The position numbers and the translations under genes were made by a program. DNA of 64,000 bases from Myxococcota bacterium (GTDB lineage Bacteria; Myxococcota_A; UBA9160; JAFDDA01), in the NCBI GenBank assembly GCA_965228475.1, contig OZ245817.1, forward strand, positions 1,632,001 through 1,696,000, read 5' to 3'. Shown one piece after another: positions 45,242-56,525 of the stretch. The notes beneath the pieces were generated by a model that saw only the letters and a program-made list of their open reading frames with translations, made no database searches and was not told the origin of the DNA. The first letter of the stretch is position 1; each line of letters opens with the position of its first letter.

Positions 45242-46432
45242 ATGTCCCAGCAGACATCCGAAGTCTTGAAGTCCGTAGTCCCTCCGAGCGAACGCGTCGT
45301 CGTCTTCGACACGACCCTGCGCGACGGCGAGCAATCCGCCGGCGTCGCCTTCACGGCCGAAGAGAAGGTCGAGATTGCCCGGGCCCTCGCCGCGATGGGC
45401 GTCGACGTCATCGAAGCCGGCTTCCCCGGCGCGAGCCAGGGCGAGCTCGCTTCCGTGGAGCGCGTGGCGCGGGAGGTCCGCGACGCGACGATCTGCGGGC
45501 TCGCCCGCGCGGTTCCCGCCGACGTCGAGGCGGCCTGCGAGGCCCTCGCGGGGGCAGCCCGTCCGCGAATCCACGTCTTCGTGAACGCGAGCGACGTCCA
45601 GCTCGCCCATCAGCTGAAAAAGGGGCGGGAGGAAGTCGTCCGGCTCGCAGCGGAGAACGTGCGCCGCGCGACCTCGCTCACCCCGGACGTCGAGTTCAGC
45701 CCGATGGACGCCACGCGGGCGGACTGGGACTTCCTGACGGAGATCGTGACGGCGGCGATCGAGGCCGGCGCCACGACGGTGAATCTGCCCGATACGGTGG
45801 GCTACGCGCGGCCGGCACACGTGAGCGGACTGTTCGCGCACGTCCGCGCGACCGTCCCGAGCGTGTCGCGCGCCGTGCTCTCCTTCCACGGCCAGAACGA
45901 CCTCGGCCTCGCCACGGCCAACGCCCTGGCCGCCGTCGAGGCCGGCGCGCGTCAGGTGGAGGTCTGCGTGAACGGGATCGGGGAACGCGCGGGGAACACC
46001 TCCTTCGAGGAGGTCGTGATGGCGCTGCGCGTGCACGGGCGCGAGCTCGGCGTCCACACCGGTGTCGCCACGCGCGGGATCCACCCGCTCTCGCGCCGGG
46101 TCGAGGCGCTCAGCGGAATCGCCGTCCCCGCGAACAAGGCGATCGTCGGGGCCAATGCGTTCCGGCACGCCTCGGGCATCCATCAGGACGGCGTGCTCAA
46201 GTTTCGCGAGACCTTCGAGTGCCTCGACCCGGCGGAGATCGGCCACCCGACGGGGACCGAGATCGTGCTCGGGAAGCTCTCGGGGCGGGCGGGCTTCGAC
46301 GCGCGCATCCGGCAGCTCGGCTACCGCCTCGAGGGCCCGGCCTTCGAACGCGCCTTCGAGCGGTTCCAGCACCGGGCCGACCGCACCCGCGTGGTGGGCG
46401 ACGAGGACCTGCGCGCGATCTGTGGCGCCTGA
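45242..46432 (+). CDS. leuA: 2-isopropylmalate synthase, short form lacking the C-terminal regulatory domain
   Basis: FDTTLRDGEQ, IEAGFP, NLPDTVG, NGIGERAGN, NKAIVGANAF, SGIHQDG, LGKLSGR; Leu attenuator upstream. Confidence 0.85.
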   Translation: MSQQTSEVLKSVVPPSERVVVFDTTLRDGEQSAGVAFTAEEKVEIARALAAMGVDVIEAGFPGASQGELASVERVAREVRDATICGLARAVPADVEAACEALAGAARPRIHVFVNASDVQLAHQLKKGREEVVRLAAENVRRATSLTPDVEFSPMDATRADWDFLTEIVTAAIEAGATTVNLPDTVGYARPAHVSGLFAHVRATVPSVSRAVLSFHGQNDLGLATANALAAVEAGARQVEVCVNGIGERAGNTSFEEVVMALRVHGRELGVHTGVATRGIHPLSRRVEALSGIAVPANKAIVGANAFRHASGIHQDGVLKFRETFECLDPAEIGHPTGTEIVLGKLSGRAGFDARIRQLGYRLEGPAFERAFERFQHRADRTRVVGDEDLRAICGA

Positions 46433-46438
46433 GGCGCT

Positions 46439-46468
46439 CCCGGGGCGGCCTGCGAGGGCCGCCCCGGG
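46439..46468. other. Strong GC hairpin after leuA (terminator or mRNA-stabilising stem)
   Basis: CCCGGGGCGGCC-TGCGAG-GGCCGCCCCGGG; no U-tract. Confidence 0.55.
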
Positions 46469-46518
46469 GCCGGCGAGAAGCACTACGGAGGAAGCGCGGG
46501 AACGACGATGAGTCCCCC

Positions 46519-46767
46519 ATGCGGATCCAGACCACGCTCGCCGCGCTGGCGCTCGCCTTCTTGCCGACGGGTTGCCTGTTCATGACGCCCCACGGCCAGC
46601 CCGTGGTGGTCGAGCGCACCACCCAGGACGACCTCTGGGACGGCAACGCGATGCTGATCGAACGCACCGCGGACGGCACCCAGTGCAAGGTGAAGGTCCG
46701 CGACAGCCTCGGCATCGTCGTCACCCGCTGGTACGACTGCAAGTACCTCCACTACCGGATGCGCTAG
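46519..46767 (+). CDS. Small hypothetical lipoprotein (82 aa)
   Basis: MRIQTTLAALALAFLPTG-C lipobox-like signal; GC3-rich codons; two more Cys in the mature part. Confidence 0.7.
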   Translation: MRIQTTLAALALAFLPTGCLFMTPHGQPVVVERTTQDDLWDGNAMLIERTADGTQCKVKVRDSLGIVVTRWYDCKYLHYRMR

Positions 46768-46800
46768 GCCGGCGGGCCTCCTGCCGCGATTCGATCGGTT

Positions 46801-48342
46801 CTACAGAACGGCCTCGATCAGGCTCGGGCCGGGCTCGGCGAGGGCGCGTTCGAAGGCGGTGCAGAAGGCGTCGGCGGTCTCGGCGCGCTCCGCGGGGACG
46901 CCCATGCCTCGCGAGAGGGCGACCCAGTCGATGACCGGGGCGGAGAGATCCGTCATGGCCCGGGCGTTGCGGCCGGGCTCGGCGACGCCGGCCTTGGCGA
47001 GTTCGATCTGCAGGATGCGGTAGGCGCGGTTCGCGCAGATGACGGTGACGACGTCGAGGCCCTCGCGCGCCTGGGTCCAGAGGGCCTGCAGGGTGTAGAG
47101 CCCGCTGCCGTCGGCCTGGACGGCGATGACCTTGCGATCGGGGCAGGCGACCGCCGCGCCGGTGGCGCAGGGCAGGCCCTGGCCGATCGCGCCGCCGGTG
47201 AGCGCGAGGTAGCTGTGGGGCGGCGCGCCGGCCGCGGAGACCCAGTGCGGGAGGCCGGAGGTCGCGCCTTCGTCCATGACGATGCAGTTCTCGGGCTGGA
47301 GCGCGGCGATGGCGGCGCCGAGGGAGACCGGATCGAGCGCGCCCGTCGGCTTTGCGGGGCGCGCGAGCGCCGTGGTCTCGCCGGATGCGGGTGCGTCGAG
47401 GGCGTCGGCGAGCGCGCGGAGTGCGGCCGTGCCGTCCTCCTCGGGCGCGGCGAAGGTCTGCGTCTCGCAGTCGGCGGGAGCGAGACGGCTCGGCGTGTCG
47501 GGGTAGCCGAAGAAGGTGATCGGCTCGGTGGCTTCGACGAGCAGCAGGGTGTCGATCCCGGCGAGGGTGGCCGCGCCCTGGTCCGGGAAGTAGCCGATGC
47601 GCTCGACGGCGGGCCGACCGGCCCCCCGCTCGACGCGTGGCAGGAAGGTGTCGCACAGCAGCCGGGCTCCGGTCGCCGCCGCGACCCGGGCCGCCGCGGC
47701 GAGGCCGTCCTCGAGGAGCGCGCTCCCGCGCAGCAGGAGCGCCGGTGCGCGGGCCGCGCGCAGCTGCTTCGCGGCGGCCTCGACGCGGCTCGCGGCGACC
47801 TCGGCCGGGGCGGGCGGGCCGCTCCACGCGGCCGTTCGCCCGCCGTCGTCCCACTGTACGTCGGCGGGGACGATCAGCGTCGAGACGCCGCCCGGCGCGT
47901 GATGGGCCGCTTCGATGGCGCGGGCGGTGTCCGCCCCGAGCTCCGCGACGGCGGTCGAGCCGTGCACGTGGCAGGAGACCGGCGACGCCAGCGAGACGAT
48001 GTCCGAGGTGAGCGGCGCGTCCGCTTCGAGGTGCCAGCTCGCGTGGTCGCCGATCACGTTGAAGACCGGGGCGGCCGCGCGGCGCGCGTTGTGGAGGTTG
48101 GCGATGCCGTTCGCGAAGCCCGGGCCGAGGTGGAGGAGCGTCATGGCCGGGCGGCGGGTCATGCGCGCGTAGCCGTCGGCGGCGCCGGTGCAGACGCCCT
48201 CGAACAGTCCGAGCACGCCGCGCATCCCCGAGACCGAGTCGAGGGCTGCGACCAGGGGCATCTCGGTCGTTCCGGGGTTCGCGAAGCAGACGTCCACGCC
48301 CGCTCCGAGAGCGGTTCGGACGAGGCTCTCGGCACCGTTCAT
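46801..48342 (-). CDS. ThDP-dependent enzyme, acetolactate synthase large-subunit-like family
   Basis: CFANPGTTEM, LFEGVCTGAADGYAR, LHLGPG, and ADGSGLY...ICAN ThDP-binding variant. Confidence 0.88.
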   Translation of the reverse strand: MNGAESLVRTALGAGVDVCFANPGTTEMPLVAALDSVSGMRGVLGLFEGVCTGAADGYARMTRRPAMTLLHLGPGFANGIANLHNARRAAAPVFNVIGDHASWHLEADAPLTSDIVSLASPVSCHVHGSTAVAELGADTARAIEAAHHAPGGVSTLIVPADVQWDDGGRTAAWSGPPAPAEVAASRVEAAAKQLRAARAPALLLRGSALLEDGLAAAARVAAATGARLLCDTFLPRVERGAGRPAVERIGYFPDQGAATLAGIDTLLLVEATEPITFFGYPDTPSRLAPADCETQTFAAPEEDGTAALRALADALDAPASGETTALARPAKPTGALDPVSLGAAIAALQPENCIVMDEGATSGLPHWVSAAGAPPHSYLALTGGAIGQGLPCATGAAVACPDRKVIAVQADGSGLYTLQALWTQAREGLDVVTVICANRAYRILQIELAKAGVAEPGRNARAMTDLSAPVIDWVALSRGMGVPAERAETADAFCTAFERALAEPGPSLIEAVL

Positions 48343-48387
48343 CTTCTTCTCGTTCCTCGGAGGAGGGGGTTGGCGCGAGCCCGTGGC

Positions 48388-48822
48388 TCAGTCGGCGGCC
48401 CAGCGGTGCGCGCAGTTCCGGCAGCGGGCGTCGCTGCGGGCGAAGGGTAGGGGGAGCCCGAGCCATCGCCAACGGCGCGGGGGGCCGAGGGGCTCGACCA
48501 CCCGAAGGGAGCCGCAGCGCGGGCAGCGGCTGGCCGAGAGGTCGTCGGTGAGCCAGTCGGCGGAGGAGGGCTGATGGGCCTCGGCCTCGAGCACGCGCCG
48601 GGCGGCCGGTTCCTGCCAGGCCCGTACGAAGAGCCGGACGGTGCCGCTGCCGGTCCAGGCGAGCCCTGCCGCGAACTCGCCCTCGAGCACCGCCTCGATG
48701 CCTTCGACCTCGAGGCTCAGCCGGGCCAGGTGGCCTTCGTGGGGGCGGTCGAAACGGGCCACGAGGACCGGCCGCTCGGCTTCGGCCTGAAGGGCAGCGC
48801 TCTCGAGCTGGGGGCCGTCCAT
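48388..48822 (-). CDS. DUF2007-like protein with C-terminal Zn ribbon
   Basis: VARF...HLARLSLEVEGIEA...VRLFV PII-like pattern; CPRC...CRNC; ATG at 48822. Confidence 0.65.
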   Translation of the reverse strand: MDGPQLESAALQAEAERPVLVARFDRPHEGHLARLSLEVEGIEAVLEGEFAAGLAWTGSGTVRLFVRAWQEPAARRVLEAEAHQPSSADWLTDDLSASRCPRCGSLRVVEPLGPPRRWRWLGLPLPFARSDARCRNCAHRWAAD

Positions 48823-49074
48823 GCCTTCTAGCCTAACCGGGGGGACCGCCTTCGGGGGGCTCGACCCGCAATCGGCGTGCAACTTTGCCCCGCGGGGCAA
48901 GGCTGGCTGCCGAGCCGTCCGGGCTCGCGGTGAGGACCAATAACCCCTCGATTTTTCAACGCTCCCAGCCTATTCTCCCGGCCGCCCGGGGCCCCGGCGC
49001 CAACACGCCGGCCCCATCCCTGCAGTTCCCGAGACTTTCGGCCGCGGCCCTCCTACCGCGGTCTGGAGAAACAA

Positions 49075-51111
49075 ATGCCCATTACCGAGATCTCTTTCGT
49101 CGCCGGCGTGCTCGCCATCGTGGTCGGCCTCGTGCTCTACCGACGCGTGCTCGCCGCGCCCACCGAGAACGCCCGCGCCCAGGAGATCGCCGCGGCGATC
49201 CAGGCCGGCGCCCAGGCCTTCCTCGCGCGCCAGTACCGCACCGTCTTCATCGTCGGCCTGCCGATTCTGGCCGCGATCGGCTTCCTTTTGAACTGGTGGT
49301 ACGCCGGCGGCTTCGTGCTCGGCGCCCTCGCCAGCGCTGCGGCGGGCTTCATCGGCATGAACGTCTCGGTCCGGGCGAACCTGCGGGTGGCGGAAGCGGC
49401 GAAGACGGGCTTCGGCCCCGCCTTCGGCCTCGCCTACCAGGGTGGCGCGGTGACGGGCCTGATGGTCGTCGGCGCGGGCCTGCTCTCGCTGGCGGTGATC
49501 GTGCTCGCCATGCACCAGCTCGGCTACGCCAAGCCGGACGCGCTGGTCGGCCTGGCCTTCGGCGGCTCGCTGATCTCGGTGTTCGCGCGCCTCGGCGGCG
49601 GCATCTTCACCAAGGGCGCCGACGTCGGCGCCGACCTCGTGGGCAAGGTCGAGGCGAACATCCCCGAGGACGATCCGCGCAACCCGGCGGTGATCGCCGA
49701 CAACGTGGGCGACAACGTCGGCGACTGCGCCGGCATGGCCGCGGACCTCTTCGAGACCTACGGCGTCACCGCGGCCGCGGTGATGCTGCTCGCGCACATT
49801 ATCTTCCCGGGCGACGAGGCGATGTTCCTCTACCCGCTCGCCGTCGGTGCCATGAGCATCGTCGGTTCGCTCGTCGCGATCCCCTTCGTTCGCATCGGTG
49901 AGCCCGCCGAGGGGCAGCAGCCGCCGGTCATGCGCGCCATGTACATCGGTCTGACGATCGCCGCGGTGATCGCCATGGGCCTCCTCGCGGCCTTCCACGG
50001 CACGATCTCGAGCTGGCCGACCTCCACGGGCGGCGTCGAGCTGACCGGCATGAACCTCTGGCTCTGCGCTGGCGCCGGCATGCTCGTGACCTTCGCCATG
50101 ATGTGGATCACGGACCTCTACACGGGCGACGGCTCGCCCTTCGTCGATCGCATCGCCAAGGCGAGCGAGGGCGGACACGCCACGAACATCATCTCCGGCC
50201 TCGCGGTCGGCATGCAGGCCACGGTGATCCCGGTGGTCGTGGTGGTCGCCGCGATGATCACCTGCTTCGAGTTGGCGGGCCTCTACGGCGTCGGCATCGC
50301 CGCCATGGCCATGCTCTCGATGGCGGGCATCGTGGTCTCGATCGACGCCTACGGCCCGATCACGGACAACGCCGGCGGCATCGCCGAGATGGCCGAGATG
50401 GGCGACGAGGTCCGCGCCGTGACCGACCCGCTCGACGCCTTCGGCAACACGACCAAGGCCGTCACCAAGGGCTACGCGATCGCCTCGGCCGGCCTGGCGG
50501 CGGTGGTGCTCTTCGCGACCTACATCGAGGACCTCCGCGCCGGCGGCGTGGAAGCCGTCTTCCAGCTCTCGGACGTGGGCGTCCTCGCGGGCCTCTTCAT
50601 CGGCGCGATGGTGCCCTTCGTGTTCGCCTCCCTCGCCATGGACGCCGTCGGCGTCGCCGGCGGGCGCGTGGTGGACGAGGTCCGGCGCCAGTTCCGGGAG
50701 ATCCCGGGCATCATGGAAGGCACGGGCAAGCCCGACTACCGCACCTGCGTCGACATCGTGACGGCCGAGGCCCTGCGCCAAATGGTGCTCCCGGCCCTCA
50801 TCCCGGCCGTGATCCCGGTGCTCGTGGGCCTCTTCATGGGCCCGGAGGCCCTGGGCGGCCTGCTGATTGGTTCGATCGTCTCGGGCCTTTGTGTGGCACT
50901 CTCGATGACGACGGGGGGCGCCGCGTGGGACAACGCCAAGAAGTACATCGAGTCCGGCTCCTACGGCGGCAAGGGCTCCGAGGCGCACAAGGCCTCGGTG
51001 ACCGGCGACACGGTCGGCGACCCCTACAAGGACACCGCCGGCCCGGCCATCAACCCGATGCTGAAGCTGGTGAACATCGTCGCGATCCTGATCATTCCCT
51101 TCCTGGGGTGA
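49075..51111 (+). CDS. hppA: Membrane-bound pyrophosphatase, K+-independent H+-pumping type
   Basis: [74 protein letters not shown]. Confidence 0.95.
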   Translation: MPITEISFVAGVLAIVVGLVLYRRVLAAPTENARAQEIAAAIQAGAQAFLARQYRTVFIVGLPILAAIGFLLNWWYAGGFVLGALASAAAGFIGMNVSVRANLRVAEAAKTGFGPAFGLAYQGGAVTGLMVVGAGLLSLAVIVLAMHQLGYAKPDALVGLAFGGSLISVFARLGGGIFTKGADVGADLVGKVEANIPEDDPRNPAVIADNVGDNVGDCAGMAADLFETYGVTAAAVMLLAHIIFPGDEAMFLYPLAVGAMSIVGSLVAIPFVRIGEPAEGQQPPVMRAMYIGLTIAAVIAMGLLAAFHGTISSWPTSTGGVELTGMNLWLCAGAGMLVTFAMMWITDLYTGDGSPFVDRIAKASEGGHATNIISGLAVGMQATVIPVVVVVAAMITCFELAGLYGVGIAAMAMLSMAGIVVSIDAYGPITDNAGGIAEMAEMGDEVRAVTDPLDAFGNTTKAVTKGYAIASAGLAAVVLFATYIEDLRAGGVEAVFQLSDVGVLAGLFIGAMVPFVFASLAMDAVGVAGGRVVDEVRRQFREIPGIMEGTGKPDYRTCVDIVTAEALRQMVLPALIPAVIPVLVGLFMGPEALGGLLIGSIVSGLCVALSMTTGGAAWDNAKKYIESGSYGGKGSEAHKASVTGDTVGDPYKDTAGPAINPMLKLVNIVAILIIPFLG

Positions 51112-51157
51112 TCCCGAACGCGGGCCCGGACCGAGTCCGGGCCGCACCGAGCCACGC

Positions 51158-52549
51158 ATGACGGGGATGGCGGAAGACCGCCATCCCCGTGATCGTTTGC
51201 GCCGGGAGATCGGCGTCGGCGCTGCGGTGCTGCTCGTCGTCTCCTCGGTGGTCGGCTCGGGGATCTTCTTCACGCCGGGCCGCATCGCCGGCCTCGTGCC
51301 CGACGTCGAGTGGATGTTCGCGCTCTGGCTGGTCGGGGGCGGTCTCTCCCTGGCCGGCGCCCTCGCCAACGCCGAGCTCGGCGCCATGTACCCCCACGCC
51401 GGGGGCGACTACGTCTATCTGCGCGAGGCGTTCCATCCCGCGGCCGGGTACTTCGTCGGCTGGACCACGTTCTTCGCGATCTACGCCGGGACCCTCGCGG
51501 CCCTTGCGGCGGCCTTCGGGGAAGGGCTCGGGGCCTTCCTCGGCTGGGACACCCGGCCCGGCGCGCCCGGCGTCCTCGGCCTCGCGATCGGGGTGACCGT
51601 CGCGACCTCGGCGCTGAACTACGTCGGCGTCCGCTTCGGGGCCTGGGCGAACAACGTGACCGCCGCGCTGAAGATCTTCGCGCTGCTGGCCCTGGCGCTG
51701 GTGGCGCCCTTCACCGGGCGCGGCGACGTCGCCCACTTCACCGCCCTCGTCCCGGAGGCCTCGACGACGGTCTCCTCCTTCGCCCTGGCGCTCTCGCCCG
51801 TGCTCTTCACCTACCTCGGCTGGAACGCCACGATCTACGTCGCGAGCGAGCTGCGGGATCCGGGGCGCACCGTGCCGCGCTCCCTGTTCGGCGGCCTCGC
51901 GATCTGCACGCTGATCTACATCGTCATGAACGCCGTGTACGTCTACGCGATGCCCCTGGCCGAGCAGCGGGGCGTGGCGAACGCCGGGGAGGCCACGGCG
52001 CGCGTCCTGCTGGGCGACGTGGGGGGCACGATCGTCGGGGTCTTCGTGCTGGGCTCGATCCTCGGCACGCTCAACGCCACCGTCCTGGTCGGCCCGCGCA
52101 TCGCCTACGCCATGGCCCTCGACGGGCTCTTCTTCTCGAAGGTCGACGCCGCCCACGGCCGCTTCGGGACGCCCCACGTCGCGATCCTCCTCCAGGGCGG
52201 CGTGGCCGTGGTGCTGCTCGTGATCTTCCAGACCTTCCCGACCTCCATCTTCGCCAGCGCCCTCGACTACACGGTCTTCGCGATCGTCCTGGCCACGATG
52301 GCGGACACCGCGGCCCTCTACCGCCTCCGCTGGCTCCAGCCCGACCGTCCGCGCCCCTACCGGGCCTGGGGCTACCCCTGGGTCCCGGCGCTCTATCTCG
52401 CGGTGAACGGCTGGATCGCCTTCGAGATGCTCCGCCAGCGGCCCGGGGAGTGCGCCATCGGCCTGGCCGTGGTGGCGACGGGCTGGCCCTTCTACGCGTG
52501 GTTCCGGCGGCGTTCCGCCGGATCCGCCGGGCCGCTTGTCGGGGGCTGA
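51158..52549 (+). CDS. APC-superfamily amino acid permease
   Basis: [42 protein letters not shown]; about 12 hydrophobic segments. Confidence 0.92.
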   Translation: MTGMAEDRHPRDRLRREIGVGAAVLLVVSSVVGSGIFFTPGRIAGLVPDVEWMFALWLVGGGLSLAGALANAELGAMYPHAGGDYVYLREAFHPAAGYFVGWTTFFAIYAGTLAALAAAFGEGLGAFLGWDTRPGAPGVLGLAIGVTVATSALNYVGVRFGAWANNVTAALKIFALLALALVAPFTGRGDVAHFTALVPEASTTVSSFALALSPVLFTYLGWNATIYVASELRDPGRTVPRSLFGGLAICTLIYIVMNAVYVYAMPLAEQRGVANAGEATARVLLGDVGGTIVGVFVLGSILGTLNATVLVGPRIAYAMALDGLFFSKVDAAHGRFGTPHVAILLQGGVAVVLLVIFQTFPTSIFASALDYTVFAIVLATMADTAALYRLRWLQPDRPRPYRAWGYPWVPALYLAVNGWIAFEMLRQRPGECAIGLAVVATGWPFYAWFRRRSAGSAGPLVGG

Positions 52550-52604
52550 TTCCTCCAATATTCTTGGGTGGTTACGAGTTTGCCCCCGCACGAAGGTGCG
52601 ACCC

Positions 52605-53813
52605 ATGTCCCGTTTCCAGCACGACTTCAACAAGCTGAACCGGCTGCCTCCCTACATCCTGGCGGAGGTGACCGACCTGATGCGCGCCGCGCGGCGCGCC
52701 GGGGAAGACATCATCGATCTCGGGATGGGGAATCCCGATCTCGCGACGCCCGACCACGTCGTAGAGAAGATCGTCGAAGCGGCCCGCAACCCGCGCAACC
52801 ATCGCTACTCCGCATCGCGTGGCATCCCGAACCTGCGCGCGGCCATCTGCGAGTGGTACCAGCGCCGCCACGGGGTCGAGCTCGACCCGGACCGCGAGGC
52901 CGTCGCGACGATCGGTGCGAAGGAGGGCCTCTCCCACTTCGTGCTGATGACGATCGGCCCGGGCGACGTGGTGCTGTGTCAGGACCCGGCGTATCCGATC
53001 CACCCGTACTCGGTGATCATCTCCGGCGGGGATCTTCGCCAGGTGCCGCTCACCGGCGACACGGACTTCATCGAGAACCTCGAGCAGGCGGTCGCGCGGA
53101 CCTGGCCGAAGCCGAAGATGTTGATCCTCTCGTTCCCCGCGAACCCGACCACCCAGGTGGTGGACCTTGCGTTCTTCGAGCGCATCGTCGCCTTCGCCAA
53201 GGAGCACGACCTGATGGTGCTCCACGACTTCGCCTACGCGGAGATCGCCTTCGACGGCTACAGGCCGCCGAGCATCCTCGAGGTGCCGGGGGCGCGGGAC
53301 GTGGCGATCGAGTTCGTCTCGCTCTCGAAGAGCCACTCGATGGCGGGCTGGCGCGTCGGCTTCGCCTGCGGGAACCCGGAGATGATCCACGCGCTCACGC
53401 GCATCAAGAGCTACCTCGACTACGGGATGCCCCAGGCCATCCAGATCGGCGCGATCACGGCCCTGCGCGGGCCCCAGGACTGCGTCGACGAGAACGTGGC
53501 GGAGTACAAGGCGCGGCGGGACACGCTGATCGACGGGCTCGGTGCGCCCGGTCCCGGCCAGTGGAAGATCGAGAAGCCCCTGGCCACGATGTTCGTTTGG
53601 GCCCAGGTGCCCGAACCCTTCCGGGAGCTCGGCTCGCTCGAGTTCTCGAAGCTCCTGCTCAAGGAGGCGGGCGTCGCGGTCTCCGCGGGAATCGGTTTCG
53701 GCGAGACCGGCGAGGGCCATGTGCGCTTCGCCCTGATCGAGAACAATCATCGCATCCGCCAGGCCGTGCGCGGCATCCGCCGCGTGATCCGCCAGGCAGG
53801 GGAGTCCACTTGA
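52605..53813 (+). CDS. Class I/II PLP aminotransferase, AlaC-like
   Basis: [57 protein letters not shown]; precedes hom-thrC. Confidence 0.88.
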   Translation: MSRFQHDFNKLNRLPPYILAEVTDLMRAARRAGEDIIDLGMGNPDLATPDHVVEKIVEAARNPRNHRYSASRGIPNLRAAICEWYQRRHGVELDPDREAVATIGAKEGLSHFVLMTIGPGDVVLCQDPAYPIHPYSVIISGGDLRQVPLTGDTDFIENLEQAVARTWPKPKMLILSFPANPTTQVVDLAFFERIVAFAKEHDLMVLHDFAYAEIAFDGYRPPSILEVPGARDVAIEFVSLSKSHSMAGWRVGFACGNPEMIHALTRIKSYLDYGMPQAIQIGAITALRGPQDCVDENVAEYKARRDTLIDGLGAPGPGQWKIEKPLATMFVWAQVPEPFRELGSLEFSKLLLKEAGVAVSAGIGFGETGEGHVRFALIENNHRIRQAVRGIRRVIRQAGEST

Positions 53814-53832
53814 AGAGCGGGGTCGAGACAGA

Positions 53833-55161
53833 ATGAACGGGCAGCAGATCGGCGTCGGGTTGATCGGCTTCGGGACGATCGGTTCGGGCGTGGCCAAGGT
53901 GTTGCGCGAGAACGCGGCGGTGATCGAGCAGCGCCTCGGTCACCCGCTCCGGCTCGTCCGGATCGCGGACCTCGACACCGAGACCGACCGCGGCGTGGAC
54001 CTCACCGGCATCCACTTCGACGACGACGCCCAGGGCCTGATCGACGACCCGGCCGTCGACATCGTGATCGAGCTGGTCGGCGGCTACGACGTCGCGCGGC
54101 GCTTCATGCTCGGCGCCATCGAGGCTGGCAAGCACGTCGTGACGGCGAACAAGGCGCTCCTCGCCCTGTACGGCGACGAGATCTTCGGCGCGGCCCACAC
54201 GAAGGGCGTGGACGTGGCCTTCGAGGCGGCCGTCGGCGGGGGCATCCCGATCCTGCGTTCCCTGCGCGAGGGGCTCTCGGCGAACCGCATCGAGAGCCTG
54301 CACGGCATCATGAACGGCACCACGAACTACGTCCTCACCGAGATGGAGAAGACCGGCGAGGACTTCGAGGTCGTTCTCAAGCGGGCCCAGGATCTCGGCT
54401 ACGCCGAGGCCGACCCGACCTTCGACGTCGACGGCATCGACGCGGCCCACAAGCTCGCGATCCTCGTCGGCATGGCGTTCGGGGCGAAGCTCACCTTCAA
54501 GGAGATCCCGACCGAGGGCATTCGCGGGCTCACGCCGGTGGACTTCGAGGCGGCCGAGGAGTTCGGCTACCGCTTCAAGCTGCTCGGCATCGCGAAATCG
54601 CGCAGCGAGGGCGGTACCGAGCACGTCGAGGCCCGCGTGCACCCGACGCTCGTGCCGACCGGCAGCCTGCTCGCCCAGGTGGACGGCGCGATGAACGCGA
54701 TCGCCGTCCACGGCAACGCCGTCGGGCCGACGCTCTTCTACGGCGCGGGCGCGGGCGAGATGCCGACGGCGAGCGCCGTCGTCGCGGACCTGATGGAGAT
54801 CGCTCGGGAGATCGGGCGGGGGCAGGCCGGGCGCGTCGCGCCGCTCTCCTATCACCCCGGCGAGCTTTCCGAGAAGCCGCTCGTCCCGCTCGGTGCGCTC
54901 ACGGGCCGCTACTTCCTGCGCTTCACCGCCGTCGACGAGCCGAACGTGCTGGCCCACATCGCGGGCTCCCTCGGCGAGCACGGCATCAGCATCGAATCGC
55001 TGCTCCAGAAGGGGCGGGCCGAAGCCGGCGCCTCGGTGCCGGTGATCGTGCTGACCCACCCGGCCCGGGAGGAGAGCGTCCGCGCCGCGATCGCGCGCAT
55101 CGACGCGCTCGAAGACGTCACCGCACCGACGCGCCTCGTGCGCATCGAGGAAGGACTCTGA
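53833..55161 (+). CDS. hom: Homoserine dehydrogenase with C-terminal ACT domain
   Basis: [48 protein letters not shown]. Confidence 0.96.
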   Translation: MNGQQIGVGLIGFGTIGSGVAKVLRENAAVIEQRLGHPLRLVRIADLDTETDRGVDLTGIHFDDDAQGLIDDPAVDIVIELVGGYDVARRFMLGAIEAGKHVVTANKALLALYGDEIFGAAHTKGVDVAFEAAVGGGIPILRSLREGLSANRIESLHGIMNGTTNYVLTEMEKTGEDFEVVLKRAQDLGYAEADPTFDVDGIDAAHKLAILVGMAFGAKLTFKEIPTEGIRGLTPVDFEAAEEFGYRFKLLGIAKSRSEGGTEHVEARVHPTLVPTGSLLAQVDGAMNAIAVHGNAVGPTLFYGAGAGEMPTASAVVADLMEIAREIGRGQAGRVAPLSYHPGELSEKPLVPLGALTGRYFLRFTAVDEPNVLAHIAGSLGEHGISIESLLQKGRAEAGASVPVIVLTHPAREESVRAAIARIDALEDVTAPTRLVRIEEGL

Positions 55162-56519
55162 TGCCGAGCAAGCCGGCCTACCGCGCCTGGTTCGAGGCCT
55201 TCGACGATCCGAGCGAGCGCTACGAGCTCGACGAGGTCGTCTACACCGCCAAGGACGGCGGCCTGCTCCAGGTCGTCCACGACATGGACGAGCTCAAGAA
55301 GACCTCCGCGGACGAGTGGAAGGCGATCTTCGAAGGCCGCGCCCACAAGACCACCTGGCCCTACGGCTCGGGGGTCTGGGGCAAGAAGGAATGGGTGCTG
55401 CCCGGCATCGACAACGACAACGTCGTCTCGATGTACGAGGGGCACACGAACCTCTTCTGGGCCGAGCGCTACGGCCGCGAGATCGGGCTCGAGGAGCTCT
55501 GGATCAAGCTTTGCGGCAACTCGCACACGGGGTCCTTCAAGGACCTCGGCATGACCGTCCTCGTCTCCCAGGTGAAGGAGATGATCGCGCGCGGCAAGGA
55601 AATCCCGGCCGTGGCCTGCGCCTCGACAGGCGACACCTCCGCGGCACTCGCGGCCTACGCGGCCGCCGCGGCGATCCCCTCGGCGGTGTTCCTGCCGCGC
55701 GGCAAGATCTCCGTCGCGCAGCTCATCCAGCCCGTGGCCAACGGCGCCATGGTCTTCGCCCTCGACACGGACTTCGACGGCTGCATGGAGATCGTGAAGG
55801 AGGTGGCCTCGAAGGACGGCATCTACCTCGCGAACTCGATGAACAGCCTGCGCGTGGAAGGCCAGAAGACGGTCGGAATCGAGGTCGTCCAGCAGTTCGA
55901 TTGGGAGGTGCCGGACTGGATCATCATCCCGGGCGGGAACCTCGGCAACGTGAGCGCCCTCGCGAAGGGCCTCGACATGCTCTACGAGCTGGGTCTCGTC
56001 TCCGGCCGGCCGCGCATCGTGTGCGCCCAGGCGGAGAACGCGAACCCGCTCTACCTGGCCTACCAGAAGGACTTCCAGGTCTTCGAGCCGATCGCCGCAC
56101 GCACGACCCTCGCCTCCGCCATCCAGATCGGGAACCCGGTCTCCTACGCGAAGGCGGTCGATGCGCTCTCGCGCTACGACGGGATCGTCGAGCAGGCGAG
56201 CGAGGCGGAGCTCGCCGAAGCCTCGGCCGAAGCGGACCGCACGGGCCTGTTCAACTGCCCGCACACCGGGGTGGCGCTGGCGGCGCTCCGCAAGCTCCAG
56301 AAGAAGGGCACGATCCGAAGCGGCGACCGCGTCGTGGTCGTCTCGACGGCCCACGGCCTGAAGTTCGTGGACTTCAAGCTCAAGTATCACGAGATGAAGC
56401 TCGCCGACGTCGTCCCGGACCATGCCAACCCGCCGATCGAGCTCGAGGCCAAGTACCAGACCGTGCGCGACGAGCTGATGCGCCAGATCGAGCAGCGGTT
56501 CGGGGCTGCTGGAGGGTAG
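55161..56519 (+). CDS. thrC: Threonine synthase
   Basis: [11 protein letters not shown] (PLP Lys), [39 protein letters not shown] overlap with hom. Confidence 0.95.
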   Translation: MPSKPAYRAWFEAFDDPSERYELDEVVYTAKDGGLLQVVHDMDELKKTSADEWKAIFEGRAHKTTWPYGSGVWGKKEWVLPGIDNDNVVSMYEGHTNLFWAERYGREIGLEELWIKLCGNSHTGSFKDLGMTVLVSQVKEMIARGKEIPAVACASTGDTSAALAAYAAAAAIPSAVFLPRGKISVAQLIQPVANGAMVFALDTDFDGCMEIVKEVASKDGIYLANSMNSLRVEGQKTVGIEVVQQFDWEVPDWIIIPGGNLGNVSALAKGLDMLYELGLVSGRPRIVCAQAENANPLYLAYQKDFQVFEPIAARTTLASAIQIGNPVSYAKAVDALSRYDGIVEQASEAELAEASAEADRTGLFNCPHTGVALAALRKLQKKGTIRSGDRVVVVSTAHGLKFVDFKLKYHEMKLADVVPDHANPPIELEAKYQTVRDELMRQIEQRFGAAGG

Positions 56520-56525
56520 GGCGCG

